Origin: Heterodontus francisci
Lineage: Eukaryota
NCBI RefSeq assembly: GCF_036365525.1
Contig: NC_090375.1
Span: 96,474,512 to 96,538,511, forward strand
DNA length: 64,000 nt
Direction: 5' to 3'
Under the pieces are notes generated by a model. The model was not told the origin of the DNA and did no database searches. It saw only the letters and a list, made by a program, of their open reading frames with translations. The translations under genes and the position numbers were made by a program. Positions 38,380-50,161 of the stretch are shown one piece after another. Each line of letters begins with the position of its first letter. Within the stretch, counting starts at the first letter, position 1.

Positions 38380-39149
38380 GGGTTGAATTTTACTCACCCA
38401 CTCCCCCCCCCCCGCCAATGCTAGGGGGCATGGCGGCAGGGGGATGGGAAATGCCTCCAGGAGAGGCCCGCCACGGACCTTGATGCCGGGAAGTCCCGGC
38501 CCGATATTGCCAGTGGCTGAGAGGCCTGTGGCAGCCACTCCGCCGCTTTAAATTAATTAAAATGAATTCATTAATTACCATTACACTCCTGCCTTCTGTC
38601 CCGACTTGTGCCGGTGGCCGGTGCCCTCGCGCCTTTGGCTCCCCTGCTAGGGAATCGAGGCCGAACACTGGTGGGGAGGGAGGAGCAGGTAAATTTCTCA
38701 GTGTGGGGCGGGGTGGGGTCAAAGTCATATCACTGGTGTAGGGGATGGTGGGAAGGGTGAAAGTGTGAAGTTTATGCACTTTGGGGGGGGAAGGTTAGCT
38801 GGACAAGGTAAGTGTTTTGGGGGGCAAGTGAGGGCAAGTAATTAATTCTATGGTTATTGGGGGGGAAAGATAAATTTATTTAATTTTTTAAATCAATAGA
38901 TCGTTAAATATTTAAATTGAATGGCAGGTTTTGAAACCCTTTAAAAATGGCCTGCACACAGGTAGCTGACGCCATTGCTGGGGTGGACAGCCTGCCGCCT
39001 CCATGTCATTTGGGGGGGGGTGGTGGGGTGCGGTCCGCCCTGGCTAGCTAAATGAGCTGTTGCGCTTAATATCGCGGTGGCTCTGGAATGTGTGGCCCAC
39101 ATGGGCGGGCCGCCATTGTTTTCGGCGGCGGAAATATAAATTTCAGTCC
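38380..39149. mobile_element. PIF/Harbinger-like MITE interrupting Gypsy RNase H
   Basis: GGGTTGAATTTT / AAATTTCAGTCC; flanks aga/aaa; removing it restores PPRIQRFWLRLMRF. Confidence 0.82.
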
Positions 39150-39320
39150 AAAGATTCTGGTTGAGGCTCATGAGGTTCACATATGATACAATGTATGTGC
39201 AGGGCAAGCAACAAACAACAGCAGATGCATTGTCCAGAGTGACGGTTGATCATCCGACTCAACAGGATGTGAACTTCATTGACAAAATTGAGTCATACTC
39301 GCAGGTCACTGCATCACAAT

Positions 39321-41340
39321 TGTTGCATGACTGATTTAAGAGTGATGTCCCTTTGAGAACTCATCATGCTAATGAGCTAAGTATCAGGATTCAATCATGT
39401 GACTAAGACATAGTTACTCTGGAACTGTAACACCCTAGACAAAGGTTCTGCATATAGTTTGCTCTGTATTGTGTATACTAGTTTCGCTGTTAATAAACCT
39501 TTTAGAGATCTTCAAGGAACTGGAATCCTGTACCTCATTGTGTTGCTTATGATAACACTAAGAACGCATGGCATGGTGGCAACTGTGGTGAAAAGACAAG
39601 ATATAAGCTTGAAGACTCTGGTAAAACAGCAATCAAAATTTAAAAGCAGTACAGACAACAGAAGAGAAAATTTGAAGCAACAAGTGAAGACACTTTAAAA
39701 CAAGGACCTGAAAAGAGTGAAAGAAAGCTACATATCTTAGAAAGCTGAGAATCATAGAACGGAAGCGTGGCTGAGAGGCAAGCGATCAGGTGAGTCATTG
39801 TGCCGACGATCGAGAAATCCTGGTTTAAAAAAAAAGCCCTTGAAGAGTTTTAAAAAAAAAAAAATCATTTTCTAAAGGCTCCATGTAAGCCAGAGGGAAA
39901 AAAGGGGGGTAACCCTGAAAAGCACACAAACTTAAAAAAAACAAAGTCTGAGAGTGAAACAAAAGCACGAGAAACCCTGAACTCTGCAGAGTCTTCTTTA
40001 AAGCAGTCAAGCTGAATAAATCATTAAACCAGTCAAGCGTGAAGAACATAGATAAATGCTAGCAAAAAAAAAGCAATGGGGAAAGCCCTTGAACTGCCTA
40101 TTGAATAGCTGTGTAAACATACAAACTGAAGTGCTCAAAGTAAAATAAAGAGAGAACACTGTCAAGTACCTGTTGCACTCTATCAAAGGATCTAATCAAC
40201 AAAGGGAATTTCTTAAAGGAGGAACAGCACAGAGTTAATCGAACAAGTTTTAAAACCAGTTTCAATCCACAAATAGAAAAGTCATGATAAGTACAGTGCT
40301 GAAGACATACACAGAGCTGAATAAAGTTAAATATAGAGCAGAAAGCAAAAGAACAGCAGAAAGATGCAAATCAAATTCCCCAGCATGAAGTGGAAGACCA
40401 TTATTAACGGAGTTCAAACTTTTTAAACAAAGAATGCAGTTTTGCTTCACAGACCAAGCAGTTGTAGAACCAGAGAAGCAGGCTACTGATAGCAGTTGGA
40501 AATGATGGATTATACAGAATCAATACCTTTGGCTTATCTGAAGAGGGCCAGAAAGATCCCGCAAAGATACAGAAAGTGCTAGAAGATCAGCTTCGTGTAA
40601 GACTGAATTTTAGAATTCATCACCTGAAATTGATGTCCTACAGGCAACAGTCACAGGAATCAATAGATCAATTCATCAGTAAATGCCTTATTAAGGACAC
40701 CAAAAGTGACTTTTCAGAAACTGAGCTGTTGGACCGAATAATGGAGCTGGTGATTGTCTCAACACTTTTTGAAGCATTTCAGAACGGCCTCTTGGGAAAA
40801 AAGAAAGGTCACAGCATTGATGCACTGCTTGAAAATGGCAGGAAACATGAATCCATTGTAGCTGGATAACAGCATCTGCAAGCATTAGGTGCAACTGACA
40901 GTATTGGCACAATAACCAGGTTGCAAACAGCAAGCGGGCTGTGTGGAAAGTGTGGTTTGTCCCACTCACCATGAAGTTGTCCTGCATTTCAAGACCTGTG
41001 CAAGGCGTGCAGTGAAAAAGGACACTGAGCCCGGCTACGCAAGAAATCTGGCTCCAAAGATGCAGCCAGAAGTCATAATAGGACACAAACAAACAGAAAA
41101 CAGGTGCAGCAACAGAGAAACAGCAGCAAGGAGAGCACCAGAGACCTGTCTAAAAGTAAGATGATACACGACGTCCACAGTGAAATAGTCCCGAAATAAG
41201 GCACAGAGTGGAGCAATTCTCAGCCAGAAGATGAGCAGGCGTTTCACATTGTGAACCTGACACATTGTGTACCTGACACATTGTGTTGATGAAGTCAAAC
41301 AACTGGAAGATTTTGCTACTAATAACATCATTTACCCAAA
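39321..41340 (+). mobile_element. Gypsy family B 5' part (LTR, PBS, gag remnant) nested in family A
   Basis: TGTTGCA-starting LTR with AATAAA; tggtggcaactgtgg PBS-like motif at about 39574; gag LRVRLNFRIHHLKLMSYRQ..DRIMELVI; zinc-knuckle remnant CGKCG..H..CP. Confidence 0.72.
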
Positions 41341-41485
41341 GAACAGTTCTGAAGAAGGGTCACTGACCTGAAACATTAACTCTGCTTCTCTCTCCACAGA
41401 TGCTGCCAGACCTGATGAGTATTTCCAGCATTTCTTGTTTTTATTTCGGATTTCCAGCATCCGCAGTATTTTGCTTTTATTTTAG
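41341..41485 (+). repeat. Penelope-like terminal repeat with a minimal hammerhead motif
   Basis: AGTT-CTGAAGA-A-GGGTC-ACT-GACCT-GAAAC-ATT-AACT at 41345-41381. Confidence 0.65.
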
Positions 41486-44400
41486 AGTTGTGAAGCCTCC
41501 TGACCAGAATTAATCTATGAAGTCAGAGACTTGGGCGGAGATAGGGTAGTATGTAAATTTAAAGTGAATGTATGTAAATATGTATCGGGATAAAGACGAG
41601 GAGGTAGATGTAGTATAAGGGTCTGAAAGGGTTAATCTTGAGAGTGTTTAAAGAACACCTTCCACCATGATGATGTAAGAGATCACATGTGAGAGAGACT
41701 TAAAGAAGATGCAGCATGCTTTTGGTGGAGTCCCACAGACTGACGTGAAGATGGATATAGTTCTAATAGAATAAATATCAATGTGCTAACGAACTAACAA
41801 GACTGAGGTATTTCAATCAGTTAGGCTAAGTAAGATGGCAGCGTACCAAAGCAACATACAACACTGCTTGCCTTCATCTTTCCTTGTTCAGAATGAAGTA
41901 TATTCTTTACTGTGGGAAACTTGGAGAGATGATGACTGGGCAGGGTAGTTCTTACCTGCCTTCCAAACATCTACTCTACAGGCGACGGTAAGCTCATGTC
42001 CGATGGAGTAACCTGGAGGTGCAGCATTGCAACCTTGAGATATTGTCCCATCTGCCAACACTTCAAATTTAGCAATTTGATGGGGAACACAATGCATTCA
42101 GCCATGCCGTTGGACATTGGATAATGCGACGATGATGTCCTGTGACAGACCCCAACCTGGCACATATGTCTTGGAATGGTCTACTTGCAGGTTGCAGCCC
42201 ATTATCGGAGATAATTTCTTCTGACATGCCAAATAGGTTGAACAGAGCACTGACTGTATTAGCAACCACTGCACTTGACGTATTTTGTAGCTGTCTGATA
42301 TTCGGAAACTTGGTGAAGTAATCCATAACAAGAAAGAAATCATCACCTTGAATGTGAAATAAATCTGTGCCAATCTTCACCCATGGATGTGAAAGTGTTT
42401 CATGTGGAATCAAGGGTTCCTTCTGTTATTTGGCTGACAATTTTGGCATTCCTTACAGGATTTCACCAGCGTCTCAACATCACTGTTGATACCTGGCCAG
42501 CAGACCGTCTCTCTGGCAAGACGTCTGGTACATTTTATTCCTAAATGCCCTTGATGCAGTTGAATTAGAATATCAGAATGCAGAGCTTCGGGTATCAGGA
42601 CTTGTTTTCCTTTGAAATTCACCCCTTGTGATATACCAAGCCTGTCTCGATACGGCCGGAAACAGCGTAGATGTTTGGTTACTTCCTGTATGGTCCCAGG
42701 CCATCCTTCCACAATCACCTCCCAACTATGATAGGGTAGGGTCACGTACTGTCTCATCTCTTAGTTGCTCACATTTGTGGAGTCCAAAACTCATGGGGTT
42801 GATCTTCAGGACATTCTCAATCTCAGTATCCACACTGTGGACATGCAAATCTAGTGAGACATCTGCATTTTTATTTGGGTTAGGCAACCGGCTCAGGGTG
42901 TCTGATGTGACCATTTTTCTGCCTGGTTTATACTGGGTGTCACAATCCTAGCCCTGGACCTTCACCAAAAGTCTCTACAACCGTGGAGGAGCACTCGTAA
43001 GCTGTTTGTGCCAGGTGGTTTCAAGTGACTTGTGGTCAGTCTCCATGGTAAAATGTTTTCCGAACAGGTAGGTGTGAAACTTAACGATACCAAAAACCAG
43101 AGCTAAGGTTTCATGTGCGATGTTAGAGTAATTGGATTGGGTTTGCAAAAAACTCTTTGCGAAGGCGATTAGGTGCATAATCCCTTCTGGGAGGCATTGC
43201 CCTGGAGCAGGGTCTCTTTGGTCAGGTTGTAATACAGTAGCACACTGTCTTGATTTGACAGAGCTAACTTTAAGGACTCAAACACCTGCTGGTGGTCGTC
43301 CTGCCACAAGTAAGGGGTATCTGTTCGCAGCAGTTCCCTAGGCGGTGCTGCTCGCTCAGCGAAATTGGGGATCTACGGGGCCCAAATGTTGAACACACTG
43401 TGGTAGGTCTTCCCAGTCCTGAGGAGTTGGCATGGCTCTGATATCTTCGGGCTGGGCGTATTCCCGTGGCAGAATATACGACCCAAAGAAGTTGATGTGC
43501 CCAACGTTGATCTGGCACTTCTTGCTATTAAACACAAGGCTCTCATGATGAGCAGCCAGCATTAGCAAATGCATGTTTCAATCATGCTCTGCCTTGATAC
43601 ACTGTACAGATACAGCCCTGGACATTTTCTGTTATCCTGTTCATGTATTGTTGGAAAATGTCCTGGGTGACGCACAGACCAATCGGTAACTGTCTGAAAT
43701 AGTATCTGCCGAATGGTGTTCTAGCTGAGATATCTTGGCTAAGTTGACAGACCAGTAGCCATGCTTCACATTGAGCTATGAAAATTACAGTTAACTTAGG
43801 ATTCAACTGCTCCAGGGTCGGGATTTTATGCGAGCATGATCTTATTGAATGATGGAGGGGCTGAATGGCCTATTTCTGCTCCTAAGTTCTTTGTTCGTAT
43901 GTTCGTATCTCTTGAGGGCTAAATTTAGTTGTCGCGGGTCCAAGTAGATCCTGAGATTGCCCTCTTTCTTCAGCACATAGGTAATGGAGCTGCACCAATT
44001 GGAATGCTGGTGCACTCTGCGATGACTCCATTACGCTCCATCTCATCCAGCTCCACTTTAAGCTTTGCTTGAATATGCATGCTGCACTTCCTTGGTGCGT
44101 CGATAGTAGGAATTGCATCTTCCCTCACGTGCAATATGGCATCACCCTTGAAATCGCTGATTGCATCAAACCTGTCTGGGTAGTTTCAGATCTCTAACTG
44201 ACTCAATGCACTCCGTGTTGCAACCTTTCGGTGCGATGCTGTATTGTGATTATTCATAAATCTTGGCACACCTTAAGTCCTGCGACAGCTGGTCCAGTTG
44301 TGTTTACAATATAAAACATTTGCGGTAGCCATTCGGAGCTCCCAAAGCTGCATGGCAAAGTTACCGTTCCAATGTACTTGATTGGAGAACAATTGTAGAC

Positions 44401-44571
44401 AGTCAGCCTGGATATAATGGGTCGCAGCAAAGATTCCCATTTCTTTCGGTACATGTCCTTCAGTATATGGATGGGAAAAATATTTGCACATGCTCTGGTG
44501 TTGATTTTTACTCTGAGCTTGTCACTCTTCTGTGGACATATAATCCGGATCATGGCAAATACTTTAGATTG

Positions 44572-45423
44572 CGAAATAGCATTGACATGGAACAGGACAT
44601 AGATAGGCTAGCAGAAAGGACAGACAGGAGGCAGATGGAATTGAATACAGATAAGTGTGAGGTGATGTATTTTGGCAGAAGGAATAGGGAGAGGCAAGAT
44701 GCACTTAATGGCACAGTTCTAAAGAGTGTGCAGGAACAGAGAGTGCACGTGCATTGATCTTTGAAGGTAGCAGGAAATATTGAGAGAGTGATTAATAAAG
44801 CATATGGGATCTTAGGCTTCACAAATAGAGGCATTGAGTACAAAAGCAGGGAAGTTATGCGGAACCTCTATAAAGCACTGGTTAAACCCCAACTGGAGTA
44901 TTGTGTCCAGTTCTAGTTACCACACTTTAGGAAGGATCTGAGGGTTCTTGAAAAGTTGCAGAGGCAATTTACCAGAATGCTTCCAGGGATGGAGGATGTT
45001 AGTTACAAGGTTAGGTTGGAAAAGCTGGGTTTGTTCTCCTTAGAACAAAAGAGATTGAGGAGAGATTAGCAGGCTTAGATAAGTTAGACAAGGAAAAACT
45101 GCTCCCATTAACTAATGGTACAAGGAACTAGGGGACACAGATTGAAGGTTTTGGGCAAACGATGCAGGGGGAAATATGAGGAAGCACTTTTTTATGCAGT
45201 GGGTGGTAATGGCCTAGAACTTGCTGCTCACAAATGTGGTGGAAGTGGAGACAATCTATGATTTCAAAAGGGAATTGGATGGCCATCTGAAGGAAATAAA
45301 CTTGCAGGGCTACAGGGATAGAGCAGGGACTAAGACTATCTGGATAACTCTGTGAAGAGCTGATACGGACTTGATGGGCTGAATAGTCTCCTTCTGTACC
45401 ATAAATGACTCTATGACTCTATG
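44572..45423 (+). mobile_element. CR1 3' fragment
   Basis: QMELNTDKCEVMYFG...; (ATGACTCT)n tail at 45404-45423. Confidence 0.87.
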
Positions 45424-45548
45424 TTGATCCAAATTAACTATGCAAAATGCTTGCTCACTGTTCACATGAATGCATTCTTCACCCTTGTCCTCCTGACAAT
45501 CTGTCTCTCTGCTGACCTGATGTACCTGTTTGGGTTTTTTGTGGTTTG

Positions 45549-46562
45549 TGTTACGATCATCTGGTTCATGGCTCGTATTAATACTTTAGAGGTCACTTTT
45601 AGTTAAATATGTACTTAGAAGAATTTCAAAAGCTTGCAGACCACCCAAGATTTAAAGTTCAAAAATCTGCTTGCAGAAACAGAGTGAGCGAGGTGAAAGC
45701 TATAAAACCACAAGTGGCCTTATTTAGTTGGGCAGACAGAACTAATAAGTCTGGAAGGGTTTGCTCTGTCATTGTCAGCAATATCAATTATTTATGTGGG
45801 CATCAGAAATCAAAGAGAAGATTTGGAGTTATAAATAATTATTTAAAATTGTTATCTGGGACATCCCATATGTACCAAATTGCTATGGAGATAGATGTTG
45901 CTCAGGAGTTGCCTTTTGGGGTCAGGTGTTTTTTTGATGTGTGCTTGCAGATAGTCAATGAGTTGGCTTCAGACAGTCAGTTGGCTTTTGGAAAGCTGTT
46001 GATTTTGGAAGACAGCTGGACTCAGGAGCAGAGAGGCCATCAGCAAACAGGGGTGTTTCTGTTTTGAGGCAGGCCCATGCTCAAGCTGGGAAATCCAGGG
46101 TCATGAGGTGTTGAAGGTGAACTGGAGGGTTTGCCTAGCCAAAGCTAGGGGGAGAATTCCCAGGAAATCTCAAACCTCAGAGGACAGCTGAGAAATTAAG
46201 GAAATTGAAGTGAATTCCTAAGAGCTGTGGTACTCTTTGGATTGGTCCCAGGAGAAGTGAACAAACTGCCAAAATCCTGTAACGTATAGGGAAAATTCTT
46301 GGGGTGGAAGTAACAGTCAAATGAGTATGTTCTATTGAGATTTAAAATTTGAAATAGTCACCTTCATGTTCTGTTAAGATTTTAAGTTTAAAATATAAGT
46401 GCTTCCAAATTGTAGTGTTAAGTTAGTCATGTTTTGCTTTGTTTAACTCTTGGACAGTGAAGCTTTTGTTTAAAGCATCAAATCTTGTGGCACAATTCTT
46501 TCAGGAATAACTGAGAATTTGACTTTTTAAAAAAGGTTATGGTCACTAACAGGATTGTAACA
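45549..46562. mobile_element. Probable solo LTR, about 1.0 kb
   Basis: TGTTACGATC...GATTGTAACA inverted termini; flanks tttg/gttg. Confidence 0.7.
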
Positions 46563-46969
46563 GTTGGCATACCTTTTATTGAGTTTGCCATCCTGTCATG
46601 CAAATGTTCTCTTTGCATGTGATCTGTTACCATTCCTGTGTGCAGTATCTGAGCTTGGCCTTCTGCACTGCCTTGCCCGATGTCCTCGCATGCCACAAGC
46701 TGTGCCATGGTCCTGGTACGTCGGAGAACTTCAAATTTGGTGAGTCAGGCCATATTTGCCACAAGGTTTAGCAGACATTTGAGCCTTGGGTACCATACCA
46801 ATTGTTGTAGCAGCCTCAAATGCTTTTAACTGTTGGCGACCAGCCATGGTGGCTTCAAATTTCCTTCCATCATTGAGTAGTGCATCTACGGTAATCCCTT
46901 TCTTCTTTTCTGGCAGGCCTTTTTGAAAGGCTTCCATTGGGGTAGACACGATTTCTAGATCTCTCTTTA

Positions 46970-47527
46970 CCCCCAAAATATCAAGAGAAGACCTGGCTGC
47001 GACTGAGGACTCCCCACCACCACCCTAAGCCTACAGACCACTACAGCCAGCACCCAGGGGAAGAGAATCAACAACCCATTCTGCCTATAGGAGCCCTGAT
47101 CAATGCAAGCAAACCACCGTGCATGTGCCCCACTGAGTACTTCAAGACTACAACTTCAGCTGAGGACCATTGGACTTGCACACTGTACTTAAATTCCATT
47201 TATTTTGGACTTAAATCTAACCACCAAATCTGTTTCCCTCTGTAATCTATTTGTGTGTGTGCGACTCTCGTGTGAATGTGTAGCATATTTTTAGTATTTT
47301 AAATCGGGTTAGAGTGTTAAGTTTAATAAACTTATCTCTTTCTTGTTTAAACTCAAGAAAATCTGTCTGATTGGTTCTTTTGCAATTACGTTGGAGGAAC
47401 AAGGTCAACCAATCATGGAGGTGATAAGCAAAACCTCTGTTTTAAAAAAGGAATAAACCCTGTTGTGGTCAAACAAGAGGAAGGGTGAAAAGGGAGTCTG
47501 TGACCTCCTCCTTACCTGCCCGTAACA
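46970..47527 (+). mobile_element. LTR 3' part, related to the 7529 family
   Basis: AATAAA signals and a ..taaaccctgttg..cgtaaca end resembling 8285-8359. Confidence 0.5.
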
Positions 47528-50161
47528 ATGCAAAATGGAATATGTCCCCTTTGCAACTTCTTAGGCCAAGTCCAACCCAGGTGACCTGGCATTTAGGGCT
47601 ACTGAGGTAGATTTTTCAAGTAGGAGACAATTTAAACTACCCAACAAAGCAAAAACAAGTGTTTCAATGTCATTTTCAGGTCATGTTTGTTAGTTGTTTT
47701 GCTTTATTTGCTGCTCAACCTCCTCCTCGAAGGAGCCACAAATGGGTGCAATGAGCAGATTGCATTATTTTGTTCATTATTTGTTAATTATTTCAATCTG
47801 GAGAGGCAGCGTACTTTGTGAGTGGACTTTCAGAGCAATGTAAAGATTGTGGAAGCTCGATTTATGCGTGGTGTAACTTGTGATCAAAATTTCGCGATCT
47901 TTTCAACTGGGTTGGACGATTGCACTGTTAGTGAAAAATCTAGGCCTATCTCTTAATCGATCTTCAAATTGGAGATGTGCACATAGGGGCACGTGCGAAA
48001 GACATAATAGCCAGTTCACCTCACCAGGAGGTCCTACTGTTCAACCTCTGGACTATGGCATTTTTTAGGTATTTGGCAGTACAGGCACACTCTTAATCAT
48101 AAGATGCTCAGATGATTATTGGAGCGAGCAGCACCATTGTACCCATGAAAGTATCTACAACAGACCCAAAACTTGCAGTAGATATCTTGTCTGCAGTTCA
48201 ATGAGTGAGGCACAATAACAACTGCAATGATATTTATATTAATATACTTCATTTTAAACATTGAGCACTGCACTGCTTATTCCATGATGTTGGAACTGCT
48301 TACCTTTCTTTTGGAGCTTACTGACTCAGAGCCTGTTTATTGCATCTTAAGTTTGTGAATATTAATTATGTACTTTTACTTGGTTTTCCCTTAACACAAG
48401 GGTTTATTGCTATATTTTCTACAATAGAGCATGATTATTATATTATAATATATTATATAAATGACATAAGGGGATATGAGGATAGTACGGGAAAAAGGCA
48501 TTGAAGCGAATGATCTACCATGATCATATTGAATGGCGGAGCAGGCTCGATGGGCTGAACGGCCTACTCCTGCTCCAATGTTTCTATGTTCCTGTATTCC
48601 TACACAAGTATAGAAAACATTAACTGCTAATGATGGCAACTGGCCAAAGAACATATTTACAGCCACTCTTTTATTTGGATGTTGTTCTGCACCGATAGCC
48701 TCGCTACTTTTAGCATTAGAATCAATATTCAGTCTTACAAAGGATATTTTCAGCAGCTTTGTTTAACTGCAAATATTTTCCCACAGATTGCACATAAGGT
48801 GGAGGGGTGACCCTTTATCCCACTGGAGATTCAAGTAACTGGGGAACTTTAGTCTGAACTTTTTTCAGTCATGAATATTCTGTCGTGTCATTTCTAAGGT
48901 TTTACATTTCCTAGATAATCATGAGAAGCTCTGAAAAACTGAAACTAAAGGAAATTGCAGATTATTATTTTAGTATAAGTGCTTTTTATATCTAATTACT
49001 GTGATCAAATCATTAAAAGAATACATTCGGAGAAATATTTGTATTTTCATTGTTCAATGACCCAGCATTATTGGTCTGCCTTCTCTGTAGAAAGAGGTGA
49101 TCAGCTGGTGTTACTCATGGTGTTACTTAGTGCCTTCAGGAAGAAATTTAATACCAATTCGACCTATGCCAAGTTTTGGGATTTCAGTGGAACCACCTAC
49201 TTCCAGTTTAGGGGCTCCAAGAAAGAAGGGAAATCTGTCATGAGAAGTATCCATCTAGGGAATGGGAACAATGAAAATTTGAAAATCTTATGTAAATTAG
49301 GAGGTTTCAAAATGATCTTCAGTGTCACTTACTGCAGAAATACTCCCCGACCTACTCTTTCTTTTTCAATGTTTCCAGCCTATGGCCTGGAATCTTAGCC
49401 CCCAGTTTATAAAGACGATCAAGAAGTGACTAAATGTACAATCCCATCAGTCGCAAGTCCAGGATTGCTGATTTCAGTCAGTTTTGCCAAAATGGAAACC
49501 TATAATATCATCAGAAACTAGTAGGTCAAGCGTCAGTTGTAGTCAGAACCAACAAAAAAAGATGCCTGCTAATACAGTCAGAGCCAATGCCAATAATGAC
49601 ACAGTTAACTGTTAACTCAGAATATGAAAGAATAAATATAAACTAAATGGAAATTTGAAACCAAATTTGAAATGCTGGAAACCCTCGGGCAGAACACAGC
49701 AGATGGGTGGATCAGTCCTTCTTCTGCCTATTTGTTCTTTAGCATCATGTCCTGCTTTAAACTAAACTAGAAAGCTTAAAATTAGTTTTTGCGTTGTTTT
49801 TCTTAAATAGGCCCATCTGCTTCCTCCTTTTGTTTGGAAGGCAAGAAAGTATGGGCCAAGGATTTTCTCAAAGCTGCTGCCATCCCATTCTATTATCAAT
49901 AAGAGGAAGTTATTTTATCTGTTTTGCATACATGAGTGTTTCTACTAATTGTTCCTTCTTTTTCTTCTGAGAAAGACTCAATTCCTACCCAGAACTTGTC
50001 TTGACCAGAATTTGCCCCATCAAATCACAATTACCTGATTGATTAAAGCTGGAATTAGAGCTAATGGGTCTTCGTGATTTCAAATGCTCTGACATCAGAG
50101 TTACAACACTGCAAATCAATATTTTAGAAGCTATTACATTCATGTAGTACTATATAAAACA

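Larger units (their letters stand above)
34696..41863 (+). mobile_element. Degraded Gypsy LTR retrotransposon (family A) with paired LTRs 34696-35388 and 41609-41863 and several nested insertions
   Basis: Both LTRs run TGTAGTATAA...CATACAACA. PBS-like tggtgatcagcag at 35389; purine tract before the 3' LTR; flanks ctgtt/ctgct. gag ERATFNRRVQKPG..LIRDHIVVG; RT CHMDDIL at about 37663; RNase H ETDHKPL at about 38308. Confidence 0.88.
41870..46960 (-). mobile_element. Degraded Gypsy family-B-like internal region (gag-pro-RT-RNase H-integrase), interrupted by a CR1 and a solo LTR
   Basis: Integrase PWVKIGTDLF..MDYFTKFP..ISDNG; LHQGHLG..CKEC zinc motif; RNase H ETDHKSL; RT TPFGRYYF..LPIGL; protease VKINTRACAN; gag at 46731-46976. 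Confidence 0.85.

Noticed and set aside
41254-41287. 16-bp tandem duplication acctgacacattgtgt (similar small duplications near 5300 and 62185)
   Set aside because: Ordinary slippage-type duplications with no evident function.
45609-46067. 152-aa ATG-initiated ORF
   Set aside because: Lies within a probable solo LTR and has no recognisable domain.
48979-49398. 139-aa ORF and nearby splice-like sites; checked as a possible neighbouring SRMS-type exon
   Set aside because: No kinase or other recognisable motif in the frames examined.
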